From Candidatus Binatia bacterium (GTDB taxonomy: Bacteria; Desulfobacterota; Binatia; Bin18): a stretch of DNA of 64,000 bases. Below, one piece after another: positions 40,521 to 50,552 of the stretch. The position numbers and the translations under genes were made by a program. Numbering within the stretch: position 1 is the stretch's first letter; the number at the start of each line of letters is the position of its first letter. Location: positions 1-64,000 of the forward strand of contig CAXXHG010000036.1 of assembly GCA_963666315.2 (NCBI GenBank). Direction: 5' to 3'. The notes beneath the pieces were generated by a model. The model had not been told where the DNA came from and did no database searches. It saw only the letters and a list, made by a program, of their open reading frames with translations.

Positions 40521-42257
40521 TTAATTCCGCGGAATTCGGATCTCTTCAACCATGTCTTGGACTTGTTGCGGTGGTGGGCTGGTACGAGACGAGATGGCGA
40601 GAGAAACGCCAAAATTGAGCAACATGCCAACCCCACCAATACCTTCGGGAGAGATGCCCCACAGCCAGTGCGCAGCGGTATTGGCTTCGGGGTGTATAAA
40701 TTTGAAATAGATAATATAGGCGGCCGTAAAGCTCATGCCGGTGATCATCCCGGCAATTGCCCCGGCTCGGTTCATACGTTTGGAGAAAATTCCGAGGACA
40801 ATGACTGGGAAGAAGCTCGATGCCGCCAGACCGAAAGCAAAGGCCACGACTTGGGCCACAAACCCCGGCGGATGAACGCCGAAATAGCCGGCAATAATCA
40901 CCGCTACGGCCGCCGAGATGCGCGCATAGCGCAGCTCTTGCTTTTCAGTGATGTTTGGGCGGATCACCTTTTTCATCAGGTCGTGTGAGACCGACATCGA
41001 AAGGACAAGCAGTAATCCAGCCGCCGTAGACAGGGCAGCCGCTAGACCTCCGGCCGCAACGAGCGCAATGATCCAGGCGGGGAGCTGGGCAATTTCCGGA
41101 TTGGCCAGAACAATGATATCGCGGTCGATGCTCAGTTCGTTTCCGCTCCAGCCCTGGGCCGTAGCGCGCTGGGCAAATGCGGGATTCTGATCGTTATAAT
41201 ACTGGATGCGGCCATCCTGATTCTTATCGGAGAAACGAATCAGACCGGTTTCTTCCCATTTGGAGAACCAGTCCGGAACGCTTGCGTATTCCGTATTGTG
41301 AACACTGGTTAAGAGATTGATACGCGCGAACGCCGCAACGGCAGGAGCGGTCGCGTACAGGATGACAATGAACAATAAGGCCCAGCCCGCCGAGATGCGT
41401 GCATCTTTCACTCTCGGGACCGTAAAAAAACGGGTGATGACATGCGGCAGACCGGCAGTACCGACCATCAGCGAGAGGGTAATAAAAAAGACGTCGATAA
41501 TTGTTTTACTGCCCCGACCTGTATACGCGGCAAAACCGAGTTCCTGACTTAATCCGTCCAGCTTATCGAGCAGAAAGACCCCCGGCTCCGTACTCAGTTC
41601 CGCGCCAAAACCAATTTGGGGCAGCAGTGTATCGGTCAGCAGCAGAGAGATAAAAAAGGTGGGCAGCATATAGGCGAAGATCAGCACACAATACTGGGCG
41701 ACCTGAGTATAGGTAATGCTTTTTTGCCCGCCAGTCACGGTGTAGATGAATACGATGACCATGCCGATGACCACGCCCCATTCAACCGGCACTTCTAAAA
41801 AACGGGCAAACACCACCCCCACACCGCGCATCTGGCCAGCCACATACGTAAACGAGACAAAGATAGCGCAGACGAGGGCGACGACCCGAGCGGTCTGCGA
41901 GTAATACCGTTCGCCAACGAAATCCGGCACGGTATATTTACCAAACTTTCGCAAATACGCAGCCAGCAACAGGGCTAAGAGTACATAGCCGCCCGTCCAG
42001 CCCATCAGATACATCGCGCCATCACGCCCCAGGAAGGACATCATGCCGGCCATCGAGATAAACGAGGCCGCACTCATCCACCCGGCGGCTGTGGCCATGC
42101 CATTGGCCACGGCACCGACCTGTGAACCGGCAACATAAAAATCACTCATCGACTCGGCCTTGGCACGCCAGGCGATGCCAATATAGAGCGCAAACGAGAG
42201 ACCGACGATGATGAATGTCCAAATTTTGATAGGATCAGCCGCGCAGATGTCCGTCAC
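40521..42257 (-). CDS. Sodium:solute symporter, cation/acetate ActP-like subfamily
   Basis: NGMATAAGWMSAASF, GWTGGY, GTAGLPHV and AAALSTAAGLL. Confidence 0.93.
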   Translation of the reverse strand: MTDICAADPIKIWTFIIVGLSFALYIGIAWRAKAESMSDFYVAGSQVGAVANGMATAAGWMSAASFISMAGMMSFLGRDGAMYLMGWTGGYVLLALLLAAYLRKFGKYTVPDFVGERYYSQTARVVALVCAIFVSFTYVAGQMRGVGVVFARFLEVPVEWGVVIGMVIVFIYTVTGGQKSITYTQVAQYCVLIFAYMLPTFFISLLLTDTLLPQIGFGAELSTEPGVFLLDKLDGLSQELGFAAYTGRGSKTIIDVFFITLSLMVGTAGLPHVITRFFTVPRVKDARISAGWALLFIVILYATAPAVAAFARINLLTSVHNTEYASVPDWFSKWEETGLIRFSDKNQDGRIQYYNDQNPAFAQRATAQGWSGNELSIDRDIIVLANPEIAQLPAWIIALVAAGGLAAALSTAAGLLLVLSMSVSHDLMKKVIRPNITEKQELRYARISAAVAVIIAGYFGVHPPGFVAQVVAFAFGLAASSFFPVIVLGIFSKRMNRAGAIAGMITGMSFTAAYIIYFKFIHPEANTAAHWLWGISPEGIGGVGMLLNFGVSLAISSRTSPPPQQVQDMVEEIRIPRN

Positions 42258-42574
42258 TGGGCCGCCCCTTCACTGCTCGCGTCTTGTTCGTGTTCATTTA
42301 TTTCTTGTTCTTCTAGGCCATAGGCGCGGTCCAAACGGTTCATCAGCCACACGTACACGAAGATCAAGATGACAAAGATATATAGAGAACCCTGTTGAGC
42401 CATCCAAAAGCCAAGGCGGAAGCCGCCCATACGGATTTCGTTCAGGTCGTCAACAAAAACTATCGATAGAACAAAAGAAACGATGAACCAGACAGTCAAT
42501 AAGCCCACGACGAAGATGAGATTCTTACGCCAGTAGGCACGCCGGTGCGTCTCAGACAAGGAGTGATTTTCCAT
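42254..42574 (-). CDS. Symporter small subunit (DUF485/DUF4212)
   Basis: AYWRKNL...GGFRLGFWMAQQGS; translationally coupled to the symporter. Confidence 0.9.
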   Translation of the reverse strand: MENHSLSETHRRAYWRKNLIFVVGLLTVWFIVSFVLSIVFVDDLNEIRMGGFRLGFWMAQQGSLYIFVILIFVYVWLMNRLDRAYGLEEQEINEHEQDASSEGAAQ

Positions 42575-42654
42575 CTCGGCAGGCTACCATAATCATGGGG
42601 GTTGCATCACTCCTCTGCGCAGCCGGTACTACTCAGCGTCACAGATAGTTTTAA

Positions 42655-42677
42655 GACTGAAAATTCCCGTGTCGCCG
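42655..42677 (+). repeat. Partial tRNA-Phe copy (possible att site)
   Basis: GACTGAAAATTCCCGTGTCGCCG matches tRNA-Phe 38561-38583 at 20 of 23 positions, same orientation. Confidence 0.55.
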
Positions 42678-42696
42678 AGAATAACATTCCTTTTTT

Positions 42697-42721
42697 GTCA
42701 TACCTGCGAAAGCAGGTATCC
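42697..42721. repeat. GTCAT...GCGAAAGC-type palindromic repeat
   Basis: GTCATACCTGC-GAAA-GCAGGTATCC hairpin. Confidence 0.55.
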
Positions 42722-42774
42722 TGGCCTACGGGACAAGGCGGAATTTTGGTAGCAGTTCTAAGGACACTGCTACG

Positions 42775-43539
42775 CTAGGCCAACGTGACCCCACCATCGA
42801 CAATAATGTTTTGGCCTGTCACAAAATCTGAGGCGGGTGATGCCAGGAAAATGGCCGCGCCAACAAGATCGCGCGGTTCCCCCAAACGGCGCAGGGGCGT
42901 TTGCCGGAGCATTTCTTTCTCAACTTCAGGCCGGGTGAGATGCGGCGCCGTCATCCCGGTGCGAATATAGCCAGGACTAAAACAGTTCACATATATGCTG
43001 TGTTTGGCCCAGCGCATGGCCAGCACCCGGGTGAGTTGGATGACACCGGCCTTGGCAGTCGAATAGGTCAGGCCCGAATTCACAATCAGACCGGATATCG
43101 AAGCCGTATTCACAATCTTGCCGCCACCGTGTTCGATCATGTATCGACCCGCCGCCTGACAGCACAGAAACGCGCCGGTCAAATCCACATCCAGCTCTTC
43201 ACGCCAATCCGCTTCGCTCAGATCTTCAGGTTTCCCCAGTTTGAGAATGCCGGCATTGTTAAAAGCAAAGTCTAGACCTCCCAGCTCTTCAGCAGTGACG
43301 CGGACAAGCTCTTCAACTTGGCTTTTCTGAGAGACGTCGATATGCAGGGCAATGCCTTGACCGTTCTGGGAGCGGATCTCTTCGGCTACGTGTTCGGCCG
43401 CCCCCAGGTTGATGTCACTCACGATCACGGCTGCACCTGCCTCGGCCATACCGACGGCAATGGCGTGGCCTAATCCTGAGCCGCCGCCGGTCACGTAACC
43501 TCTTTTTCCTGATAAATCAAACAGGACATGTCCGCTCAT
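42775..43539 (-). CDS. Short-chain dehydrogenase/reductase
   Basis: TGGGSGLG, FNNAG, YSTAK and PGYIRT. Confidence 0.95.
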   Translation of the reverse strand: MSGHVLFDLSGKRGYVTGGGSGLGHAIAVGMAEAGAAVIVSDINLGAAEHVAEEIRSQNGQGIALHIDVSQKSQVEELVRVTAEELGGLDFAFNNAGILKLGKPEDLSEADWREELDVDLTGAFLCCQAAGRYMIEHGGGKIVNTASISGLIVNSGLTYSTAKAGVIQLTRVLAMRWAKHSIYVNCFSPGYIRTGMTAPHLTRPEVEKEMLRQTPLRRLGEPRDLVGAAIFLASPASDFVTGQNIIVDGGVTLA

Positions 43540-43639
43540 TACTCTTCCTTCCCTGTTGGCATCGGGGTCTGTTTGTATCGAGCTTCAACCCACGAGACAA
43601 GACAGGATTCCCGCCTGTCGTTGAAGAAGTCGGGCCCTT

Positions 43640-45178
43640 ATGACATATCTAACTCAGAGAGACCATGCAGCCACTATTCCCCAAAGATACACCGAAAGGC
43701 AGCCTGTGAACGAACAGATAACACGGCAGGAATGGAGTCTGCACTGGTCAGTTTTCTGGGGCTGCAGGCTTTTTTTCTTTGTGTCACTCCTGACGGTCTG
43801 TAGCCCACAGCCTGCCGACGCAGCGAATATCGATTGGAACGTCATTGAAAAAGAGGCCGGAGTCTTACTGAGTCGATCCATACAAATTGACACCTCTAAT
43901 CCGCCGGGTAACGAGACAGCCGCAGCGAACTTCTGGCAAAAAGTCCTCGCTCAGGAAGGCATCGACTCACACATCTATGAGTCTGCACCCAACCGAGGCA
44001 TTGTGTACGCACGGCTCAAGGGCAATGGCAAGAAAAAAGCGCTGATCCTGCTGCACCATCTCGATGTGGTTCCCGCCGACCCCGAAGAGTGGGACATCGA
44101 TCCGTTTGGTGGCATCATTACAGATGGTTATGTGCACGGCCGGGGAGCGATAGATTGTAAAGGCGTTGCCGTAGTGCAGTTTCTCGCCGTGGCGCTACTC
44201 AAACGAACGGGCATGACGTTGGACCGCGATATCATTTTTCTGGGAACCGGAGATGAAGAAGCTGGCGGGCAACAGGGCGCCGGCTGGTTTGTAGAGCATC
44301 ATTTTGATCTGATTCGCGATGCCGAGTTCCTGCTGACCGAAGGTGGCGGTATTCGGCAACGTGACGGCAAACGCTCGTACCGGATCTCCGTTGCAGAGAA
44401 AGCACCGTGCTGGATTGAACTCACGGCAACAGGACCGGCAGGACACGGCGCGAGCCCGGTTCCAGAGACTGCCGTAAACCGCCTCGTGCGTGCCTTGGAG
44501 AAGATTCGTCGCTACGAAACCGCATTCAAAGTGGTGCCTGCCGTGCAGGCCTATTTTACAGCGCTGGCTGAATATGAAGACGCCCAAACGGCGGAGCAGT
44601 ATCGATCTCTCGAACAGTCGCTCAAGAACGAGACCTTCCGTAAGGAGTTTACTGCGAATCGAGGCCATAACGCTCTGGTCCGGAACACCATCTCACTCAC
44701 CGTTCTCAACGGCAGTCCGAAAACCAATATTGTTCCGGCCTCAGCCTCAGCCCAACTCGACTGCCGCCTGTTGCCGGGCGAAGATCCCCAACAATTTATC
44801 GCGATGCTCAAAAAGATTGTGGGTGATCCGAACATCCAGTTCTCGACCCTCTTAAACTTCCCCTCAGTCGCTTCGGACCCAGATACCCCACTCTTTCATG
44901 CTATCCACTCGGTTGCGAACCGCAGAGATCCTCACGCTCCGGTGTTACCCAGCGTCCTGGGTGGTTTCACCGATACCCACTATTTTCGAGAAAAAGGTAT
45001 TGTGAGTTATGGGTTTTCAGGACTCGCACTTAAATCTGAAGACTCGCGTGGCGTCCACGGCCTGAACGAGCGCATGCCACTCTCAGCTCTGCGAGACGCT
45101 ATCCAAGTGATGCTAGCCGTGATTCAGTCCATCGATACAATTTCCCAAAACGAAGGAGACAAGACATATGGCCATTAG
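43640..45178 (+). CDS. M20/M25/M40 family metallopeptidase, probably exported
   Basis: HHLDVVPA, GRGAIDCKG, DEEAGG, GGFTD and HGLNER. Hydrophobic signal-like stretch near the N-terminus; true start may be downstream. Confidence 0.92.
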   Translation: MTYLTQRDHAATIPQRYTERQPVNEQITRQEWSLHWSVFWGCRLFFFVSLLTVCSPQPADAANIDWNVIEKEAGVLLSRSIQIDTSNPPGNETAAANFWQKVLAQEGIDSHIYESAPNRGIVYARLKGNGKKKALILLHHLDVVPADPEEWDIDPFGGIITDGYVHGRGAIDCKGVAVVQFLAVALLKRTGMTLDRDIIFLGTGDEEAGGQQGAGWFVEHHFDLIRDAEFLLTEGGGIRQRDGKRSYRISVAEKAPCWIELTATGPAGHGASPVPETAVNRLVRALEKIRRYETAFKVVPAVQAYFTALAEYEDAQTAEQYRSLEQSLKNETFRKEFTANRGHNALVRNTISLTVLNGSPKTNIVPASASAQLDCRLLPGEDPQQFIAMLKKIVGDPNIQFSTLLNFPSVASDPDTPLFHAIHSVANRRDPHAPVLPSVLGGFTDTHYFREKGIVSYGFSGLALKSEDSRGVHGLNERMPLSALRDAIQVMLAVIQSIDTISQNEGDKTYGH

Positions 45179-45428
45179 TCAAGAATTACTCGACATTCTC
45201 GTCTGTCCGGAAACCAAGCAACCCGTCGTGCTGGCCGAATGCGATTTGTTGAAAAAACTCAATGCGCAAATTCAGGACGGTACGCTCAAGAATCGCGTCG
45301 GCGAGACCGTGTCCGAAGCTATAGACGAGGCCCTGGTGCGGGAAGATCAGAGCTATTGTTATCCGATTCGGGATGACATTCCGGTCATGCTGATCGATGA
45401 AGCGATTCCGCTTGGGGAGGACGCCTAA
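45168..45428 (+). CDS. Trm112-like protein
   Basis: ELLDILVCPETK...YPIRDDIPVMLIDEA. Confidence 0.9.
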   Translation: MAISQELLDILVCPETKQPVVLAECDLLKKLNAQIQDGTLKNRVGETVSEAIDEALVREDQSYCYPIRDDIPVMLIDEAIPLGEDA

Positions 45429-45466
45429 TTTCCAGCAGATAGAGAGAAAGCGTGGGGTCGTCTCCC

Positions 45467-46303
45467 TTAGTTCTTTTTTCGCCTCTTCGCTGCGGCCGTT
45501 TTCTTTGACCGATTCTTTGGGCCTGGACTGTCAAAAGGATAGTCGTAATCAATCATAAGCGGCGCATGGTCGGAAAAGCGCACGTCCTTATATATGGCAG
45601 TCTGCGTGGCCCGCTTAGCCAGACCCGGCGTGGCTATCTGATAATCAATCCGCCAACCGATATTTTTTGCCCAGGCCTGGCCGCGAAACGACCACCAGGT
45701 GTATTGCTCCTCTTCTTGATTGACACCACGAAATACATCGACCATCCCAGCGTGGTTGAATACTTGGGTCATCCAGTCTCGTTCCTCCGGTAGAAAGCCC
45801 GAGTTCTTCTGATTGCCACGCCAGTTTTTGAGATCTTTATTCGTATGAGCGATATTCCAATCCCCGCAGATCACCACATGTCGTCGACTGGACCGCAGGG
45901 CGGTAAGCTCGGGCAAGAGCTTGTCCATGAATTGATACTTCAGCTGTTGACGCTGCCCAGAACTGGAGCCCGACGGCAGATACATCGAAATAACAGACAG
46001 CCGTCCAAAGTCGGCGCGTAGATACCGCCCCTCAACATCAGCCTCAGGCCAGCCCCACCCGATCCGCACCCTATCCGGCTGTTTCCGAGCATACAGGCCA
46101 ACGCCCGAATAGCCCGGTTTCTCAGCATAGTGAAAGAAGCCGGAGAGTCCTCCCTCTTCTTGATAGGTCGGAATGACGTCTTTTTCTTGGGCCTTGAGCT
46201 CTTGAACACACACCACATCAGCCTGCTGTTCCTCTAGCCAGGTAAAAAAGCCTTTCTTGGCAGCGGACCGGATACCGTTGAGGTTACACGTAATAATTCG
46301 CAT
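45467..46303 (-). CDS. xth: Exodeoxyribonuclease III
   Basis: NLNGIRS, QELK, GYSGV, GDWNIAH, GWRIDY and SDHAP. Confidence 0.96.
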   Translation of the reverse strand: MRIITCNLNGIRSAAKKGFFTWLEEQQADVVCVQELKAQEKDVIPTYQEEGGLSGFFHYAEKPGYSGVGLYARKQPDRVRIGWGWPEADVEGRYLRADFGRLSVISMYLPSGSSSGQRQQLKYQFMDKLLPELTALRSSRRHVVICGDWNIAHTNKDLKNWRGNQKNSGFLPEERDWMTQVFNHAGMVDVFRGVNQEEEQYTWWSFRGQAWAKNIGWRIDYQIATPGLAKRATQTAIYKDVRFSDHAPLMIDYDYPFDSPGPKNRSKKTAAAKRRKKN

Positions 46304-46334
46304 ATCTCGCTTCACCCACCACCGTGGCGACACA

Positions 46335-47519
46335 CTAGTTCCGGCTTTGCGCCAAGCGCGCCAGATTGGTCTTGTGCAGTTCTTTATCCAACAGGTAGAG
46401 GAACATCACGGCCATAGAGTCTTGATCAACATCCGTCGTGTTATTGTACGTGCTCACCAATTCATACCCGTGGCCTTTATAGACTGGGATACCTTCGGGG
46501 CTAGAGAAGTATTCCACATGCTCTATGCCGATGCCCTCCGGCGTTCCTCGGACCTTGCTCTTAAAGACCGTTGTGCCGGTTGTCAGATTACGCAGTTCTA
46601 AAGACTCGGCATACGGATGGAGATGAACCCCAATATAGTGCACGGTGGTGTCAAACGGCACCTGCATCCAGGTTGTGGCCAGGGTACGGTTCACTTCCCG
46701 TCCAGGTTTCACGGTCCAGTGGCCGGAGAATTTTCGACCAAAAGCGTCCTTATAAGTGTGCTGCGTCGCGCCCAGGCCAATGAGACATCCCGGGCCATAA
46801 TCTTCTGCATCCGGGTTTTTCACGTTGAAGTATGCAGCTTGGTCTTCACCTTGGCCTTCGAGTAAGACCAGCCCCGTTGCCGCAGCCATGAACAGCGGCT
46901 TCAGCGGCGCTTTCAGGTCCGCAGCTCGGACATAGTCAATCTCAATCTTATGCCTGACCTGAAACGTCTGCCCTTCGATATTGTGATTCAGCACTTGGGT
47001 ATTGAGGGAAAAGACTTCATCCGAAAAAATGGGCAAACCAAACCCGGCAGGAAACACAATATCGAACTGTCCCTGGGACAAGGTAAACAACCGGGTTGAA
47101 ACCTGTTTCTTCCATTGAAAAAGATCTCGATGCCGCGCCATATCGATGTCGAGATTGCTGTGACACATAAATTCTTGAGAGGCAGGTTCTTCCCCATCCG
47201 GCCCGACCATGACGGCCCGATAGCCGGTTACCCAGAGCAGCTCGGACGGGCTGCCCGCCTCGCCGAGCTGTACTTCCTGGACACCATACGGCCCGCGCAT
47301 GGACGGGTATTTACGATCTATGGTATACACCTCAGACAGAATGACCTTGGATTGGGTTGGGATTTCCTCACTCCAAGCGGGCTGTGCAACGGGAGTGACG
47401 ACGAAAACCAAGAGAAGAACAAAGAACAGCCGGCTCGTTTTTTCTTTCGCTGGTCCGTGTCTCAAAGAAGTCCGCTGCATCATCTTCCCCCTTTTCCAGC
47501 GTGCACGTGAAGCGACCAA
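46335..47519 (-). CDS. Exported protein with a copper type II ascorbate-dependent monooxygenase (PHM)-like fold
   Basis: Signal-like N-terminus, VHLHPYA and YNNTT...DSMAVM in the C-domain, MCHSNLD and PAGFGLP in the N-domain. Start uncertain. Confidence 0.6.
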   Translation of the reverse strand: MVASRARWKRGKMMQRTSLRHGPAKEKTSRLFFVLLLVFVVTPVAQPAWSEEIPTQSKVILSEVYTIDRKYPSMRGPYGVQEVQLGEAGSPSELLWVTGYRAVMVGPDGEEPASQEFMCHSNLDIDMARHRDLFQWKKQVSTRLFTLSQGQFDIVFPAGFGLPIFSDEVFSLNTQVLNHNIEGQTFQVRHKIEIDYVRAADLKAPLKPLFMAAATGLVLLEGQGEDQAAYFNVKNPDAEDYGPGCLIGLGATQHTYKDAFGRKFSGHWTVKPGREVNRTLATTWMQVPFDTTVHYIGVHLHPYAESLELRNLTTGTTVFKSKVRGTPEGIGIEHVEYFSSPEGIPVYKGHGYELVSTYNNTTDVDQDSMAVMFLYLLDKELHKTNLARLAQSRN

Positions 47520-47633
47520 CTTGCCCCACAGTCAAAATAGGGTCAACAGCCTACTCCAGAGAGAGACGAGGACCCCTTAACCCAGACATATCGTTCACCA
47601 TACCTATTTCGGGTCGGGTAGGAAGGATAGTCC

Positions 47634-48113
47634 ATGACACAGTTGCATATAGAAGGAGCAGTTGCCTCGCCCCAGGCTTTCGGACTCGAGGATTTGGTGC
47701 AACTCCCAGACCAGGTCGAAGATATCAGCTAAATCATTCCAGGCCGCGAAGGCAGTGCCGTATGTCTCCAGTCTCTCCTAGATCAAGTCGGCGTTAAGGA
47801 TAACGTCAAATACATCACCCTGGGATCAACCGATGGCAAATTTTCCGCCAGTATTCCGTTAGAAGCGGTGCAAGACGCTATCGTTGTCTATCGTCTTCAC
47901 GATGAATCTCTCCCGGCAAAAAAAGGCGGCCCCTTCCGCTTCTTTATCCCCAATGTCACCGAGTGTCATGTCGGAGAGGTTGATGCCTGCGCCAATGTGA
48001 AATTCCTTGGCCGCATTCATCTCAGCCAAGAGAAAGGCCGTGATGTGCAGACCACGAGTCCCCAATCTCACGAACAGCATCACGAGCAACCTGGACACGA
48101 ACATCTAGAGTGA
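47634..48113 (+). pseudogene. Small Oxidored_molyb (sulfite oxidase-like) domain protein with an in-frame TAA at 47730
   Basis: MTQLHIEGAV...VEDIS*IIPGREGSAV...STDGKFSASIPL...LPAKKGGPFRFFIP...ANVKFL, with a His-rich tail. Confidence 0.7.
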
Positions 48114-48157
48114 CCAGCATCATTAGATCAATTGATTCTGGGACCATTAGATCATGG

Positions 48158-48187
48158 TGCCGGGGCGCAGCATGCTGCGCCCCGGCA
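48158..48187. terminator. Perfect palindrome between convergent genes (REP-like / bidirectional terminator)
   Basis: TGCCGGGGCGCAGCATGCTGCGCCCCGGCA. Confidence 0.6.
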
Positions 48188-48211
48188 GTTCGTAAACCGC
48201 CCTTCCCCGCT

Positions 48212-49153
48212 CTAACGCGTATAGTTCAACTTCAATCCCGGCCGAGGCCAGTCCATCGCCACCAGCTTGCCCGTGCCGGATAGCGTCATATACGCTGTTT
48301 TCAAATCCGGGCCGCCAAAGCAGATATTCGTCACAAGCGGATCACCAGGCACAGGCACATGCTCTACTGACGAGCCGTCAGGCGAGATCACCGTTATGCC
48401 CCCGTTCATAATCGTGGCGACACACACATTGCCCGCGCCATCAACCGCCAACGAATCAAGCAGCTGATACCCCGGCAGTCCAGCCAAGAGGACGCCTCCG
48501 CCAGGCCCAGCCAACAGCGGGCCACCCTCACCTTCCACACGCTCCAGCTCTCCAGGAGCGGTAATATTCCATTTCCACACCCGACCCTCAAACGTCTGGG
48601 CCGCATACAGCGTGCTGTCTCCGGGAGCCAAACCAATGCCGTTGGGGCCGTCAATCGGAAAGACTATTTCTTTGATCGTCGAGCCGTCAGGCTGGGCATA
48701 ATACAGCCCGCAGCGATCTCGGTCTCGGTCCCGGACTTTCCCAAAGTCGCTGATCCACATGCCACCGGTGGCATCAAAAACAATGTCATTCGGGCCACAC
48801 AGCTTGTTTCCGGCACACTCGGTATAAATGGTTTCGACACTGCCGGTGTCGATATCCACGCGCTGGATGTACCCATTCGTATAGCTGGTGGGTAGCCCGT
48901 GCGGGACGGTCAGACCGCCAGCGTCTATCCACTCAAATCCACCATTATTGCAGACATAGCACTTGCCGTCGGGGCCGATGGCCGCGCCGTTCGGGCCGCC
49001 GCCTGTTTCCGCTATCACCTCTTTTGTTCCGTCGGGCTGCACCCGGGTCAGGGTCCCGCGCTTAATTTCAACTAGGATGACGCTGCCGTCATCCATGGCT
49101 ATCGGGCCTTCCGGGAACTCAAGACCAGATGTGATCTCACGAATCTCTGCCAT
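48212..49153 (-). CDS. SMP-30/gluconolactonase family protein
   Basis: FPEGP, GPNG, GPNDIVFD and TNICFGGPD. Confidence 0.93.
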   Translation of the reverse strand: MAEIREITSGLEFPEGPIAMDDGSVILVEIKRGTLTRVQPDGTKEVIAETGGGPNGAAIGPDGKCYVCNNGGFEWIDAGGLTVPHGLPTSYTNGYIQRVDIDTGSVETIYTECAGNKLCGPNDIVFDATGGMWISDFGKVRDRDRDRCGLYYAQPDGSTIKEIVFPIDGPNGIGLAPGDSTLYAAQTFEGRVWKWNITAPGELERVEGEGGPLLAGPGGGVLLAGLPGYQLLDSLAVDGAGNVCVATIMNGGITVISPDGSSVEHVPVPGDPLVTNICFGGPDLKTAYMTLSGTGKLVAMDWPRPGLKLNYTR

Positions 49154-49844
49154 ACTTCGTCCTCCTTTTGTCGGTGTTTGGGTTTTGTATCACACCAGAG
49201 GAGCGAGAGTCATTAGCTGCTTCTCCGCTTTGCCCTGCAATCGGGATCGAACCACCAAGCTCCCAGCTTCTATAGTCGTCCGCTAAAGGATGGGCGGGGA
49301 GGTCAGTGGGCGAGGCGATAAGTATTGTGGCTTGCCGCATATCAGCAAGCAGCTGCAGAACAGCTGCTGCTCCATCGGCATCCATCTCAGCCAGAGGCTC
49401 ATCCAACAAGAAGAGGCGCGGCTGGAGCACCAGCGCTCGGGCTAGAGCCACGCGCCGAATTTCCCCACCTGACAGTCGGCTGACACTCCGTTGCGCCAAC
49501 TGCCCGATGCCCAACTGCTCCAATACGTTCAGGGCTAACGGCTCAGCTGCCGGCTTTGTGAAACGCCGCGCGCGCAGGCCAAACAGGACGTTCGAGAGCA
49601 CGCTGCCCCGAAAAAGATACGGTCTTTGATGGATATATACACACTGCCCAGGATCAACCTGGACCGCACGCCGGCCAGTATACTCAGTCTCTAATCCGGC
49701 GATCAGCCGCAACAAGGTCGTCTTGCCTGAACCATTCCCGCCCAGGATGAGGAGGCGTTCACCAGGCTGGACCGCAAGGGCATCGACCGAGCAAATGACC
49801 TGACCGTTTTTCCACACTCGAAGATTTTGCAGATCAATGATCAC
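49137..49844 (-). CDS. tupC: Tungstate ABC transporter ATP-binding subunit
   Basis: GGNGSGKT, LSGGE and LLDEP, in an operon with tupAB. The C-terminal tail overlaps the next gene. Confidence 0.8.
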   Translation of the reverse strand: MIIDLQNLRVWKNGQVICSVDALAVQPGERLLILGGNGSGKTTLLRLIAGLETEYTGRRAVQVDPGQCVYIHQRPYLFRGSVLSNVLFGLRARRFTKPAAEPLALNVLEQLGIGQLAQRSVSRLSGGEIRRVALARALVLQPRLFLLDEPLAEMDADGAAAVLQLLADMRQATILIASPTDLPAHPLADDYRSWELGGSIPIAGQSGEAANDSRSSGVIQNPNTDKRRTKYGRDS

Positions 49845-49847
49845 AGC

Positions 49848-50543
49848 TCAGGTCTCTTCCTGACGAGCAAAGCGGGCCATGACGAGCATGACCACAAGAG
49901 CCATCAGCAGCAGAATGAGGCCCATGGCCAGTCCACGACCAAACTCTCCTTTGCCCGTCTCCAGTGCGGTTGCCGTAGCCAACGTCCGCGTCCGCCCGGC
50001 GATATTCCCGCCCACCATCATCGCAATGCCGAGTTCGGTCACACATCGGGCAAAGGCAGTCAGTATCCCCAGCGACACCCCAATGCGCGCCTCGGACACG
50101 TATAACCGCCAACGCAGCAGCAGGCCTGCTCCGAGGGTTTTCGCAGTTTCGCTCACCCGATAGTCGAGCGCTTGGATAGCCCCGTGCGTCAGCGACACCA
50201 CAATCGGCAAAGCCAGCATTAACTCTCCGATCACGATCACCCACGGCGTGTACAACAGGTTCAGCGGACCAAAAACGCCGCGGCGCGAGAAGATCGAATA
50301 ACACACCACGCCGATGAATACGGTGGGAAGCGCCATGCCGGCGCGACACAAAGTGACCAGCAGCGCCTGCCCAGGAAATGACCGCCGCGCCAGCAGTGTT
50401 CCGAGCGGGAGCCCGATACTCCCGGCCAAGACCACGGCCAGCACAGAAATCCCTAGAGTGCGGCCCGCCGCAGCCATAACCAAGGCATCGCCGGTCGAAA
50501 CTAAATGCCAGGCTTCTTGCAGCCCGTCCCATAGTAATTGCAC
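49848..50543 (-). CDS. tupB: Tungstate ABC transporter permease
   Basis: MALPTVFIG and ELGIAMMVGGNIAGRTRTLATATALETGKG. Confidence 0.9.
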   Translation of the reverse strand: MQLLWDGLQEAWHLVSTGDALVMAAAGRTLGISVLAVVLAGSIGLPLGTLLARRSFPGQALLVTLCRAGMALPTVFIGVVCYSIFSRRGVFGPLNLLYTPWVIVIGELMLALPIVVSLTHGAIQALDYRVSETAKTLGAGLLLRWRLYVSEARIGVSLGILTAFARCVTELGIAMMVGGNIAGRTRTLATATALETGKGEFGRGLAMGLILLLMALVVMLVMARFARQEET

Positions 50544-50552
50544 GGCAGATGC

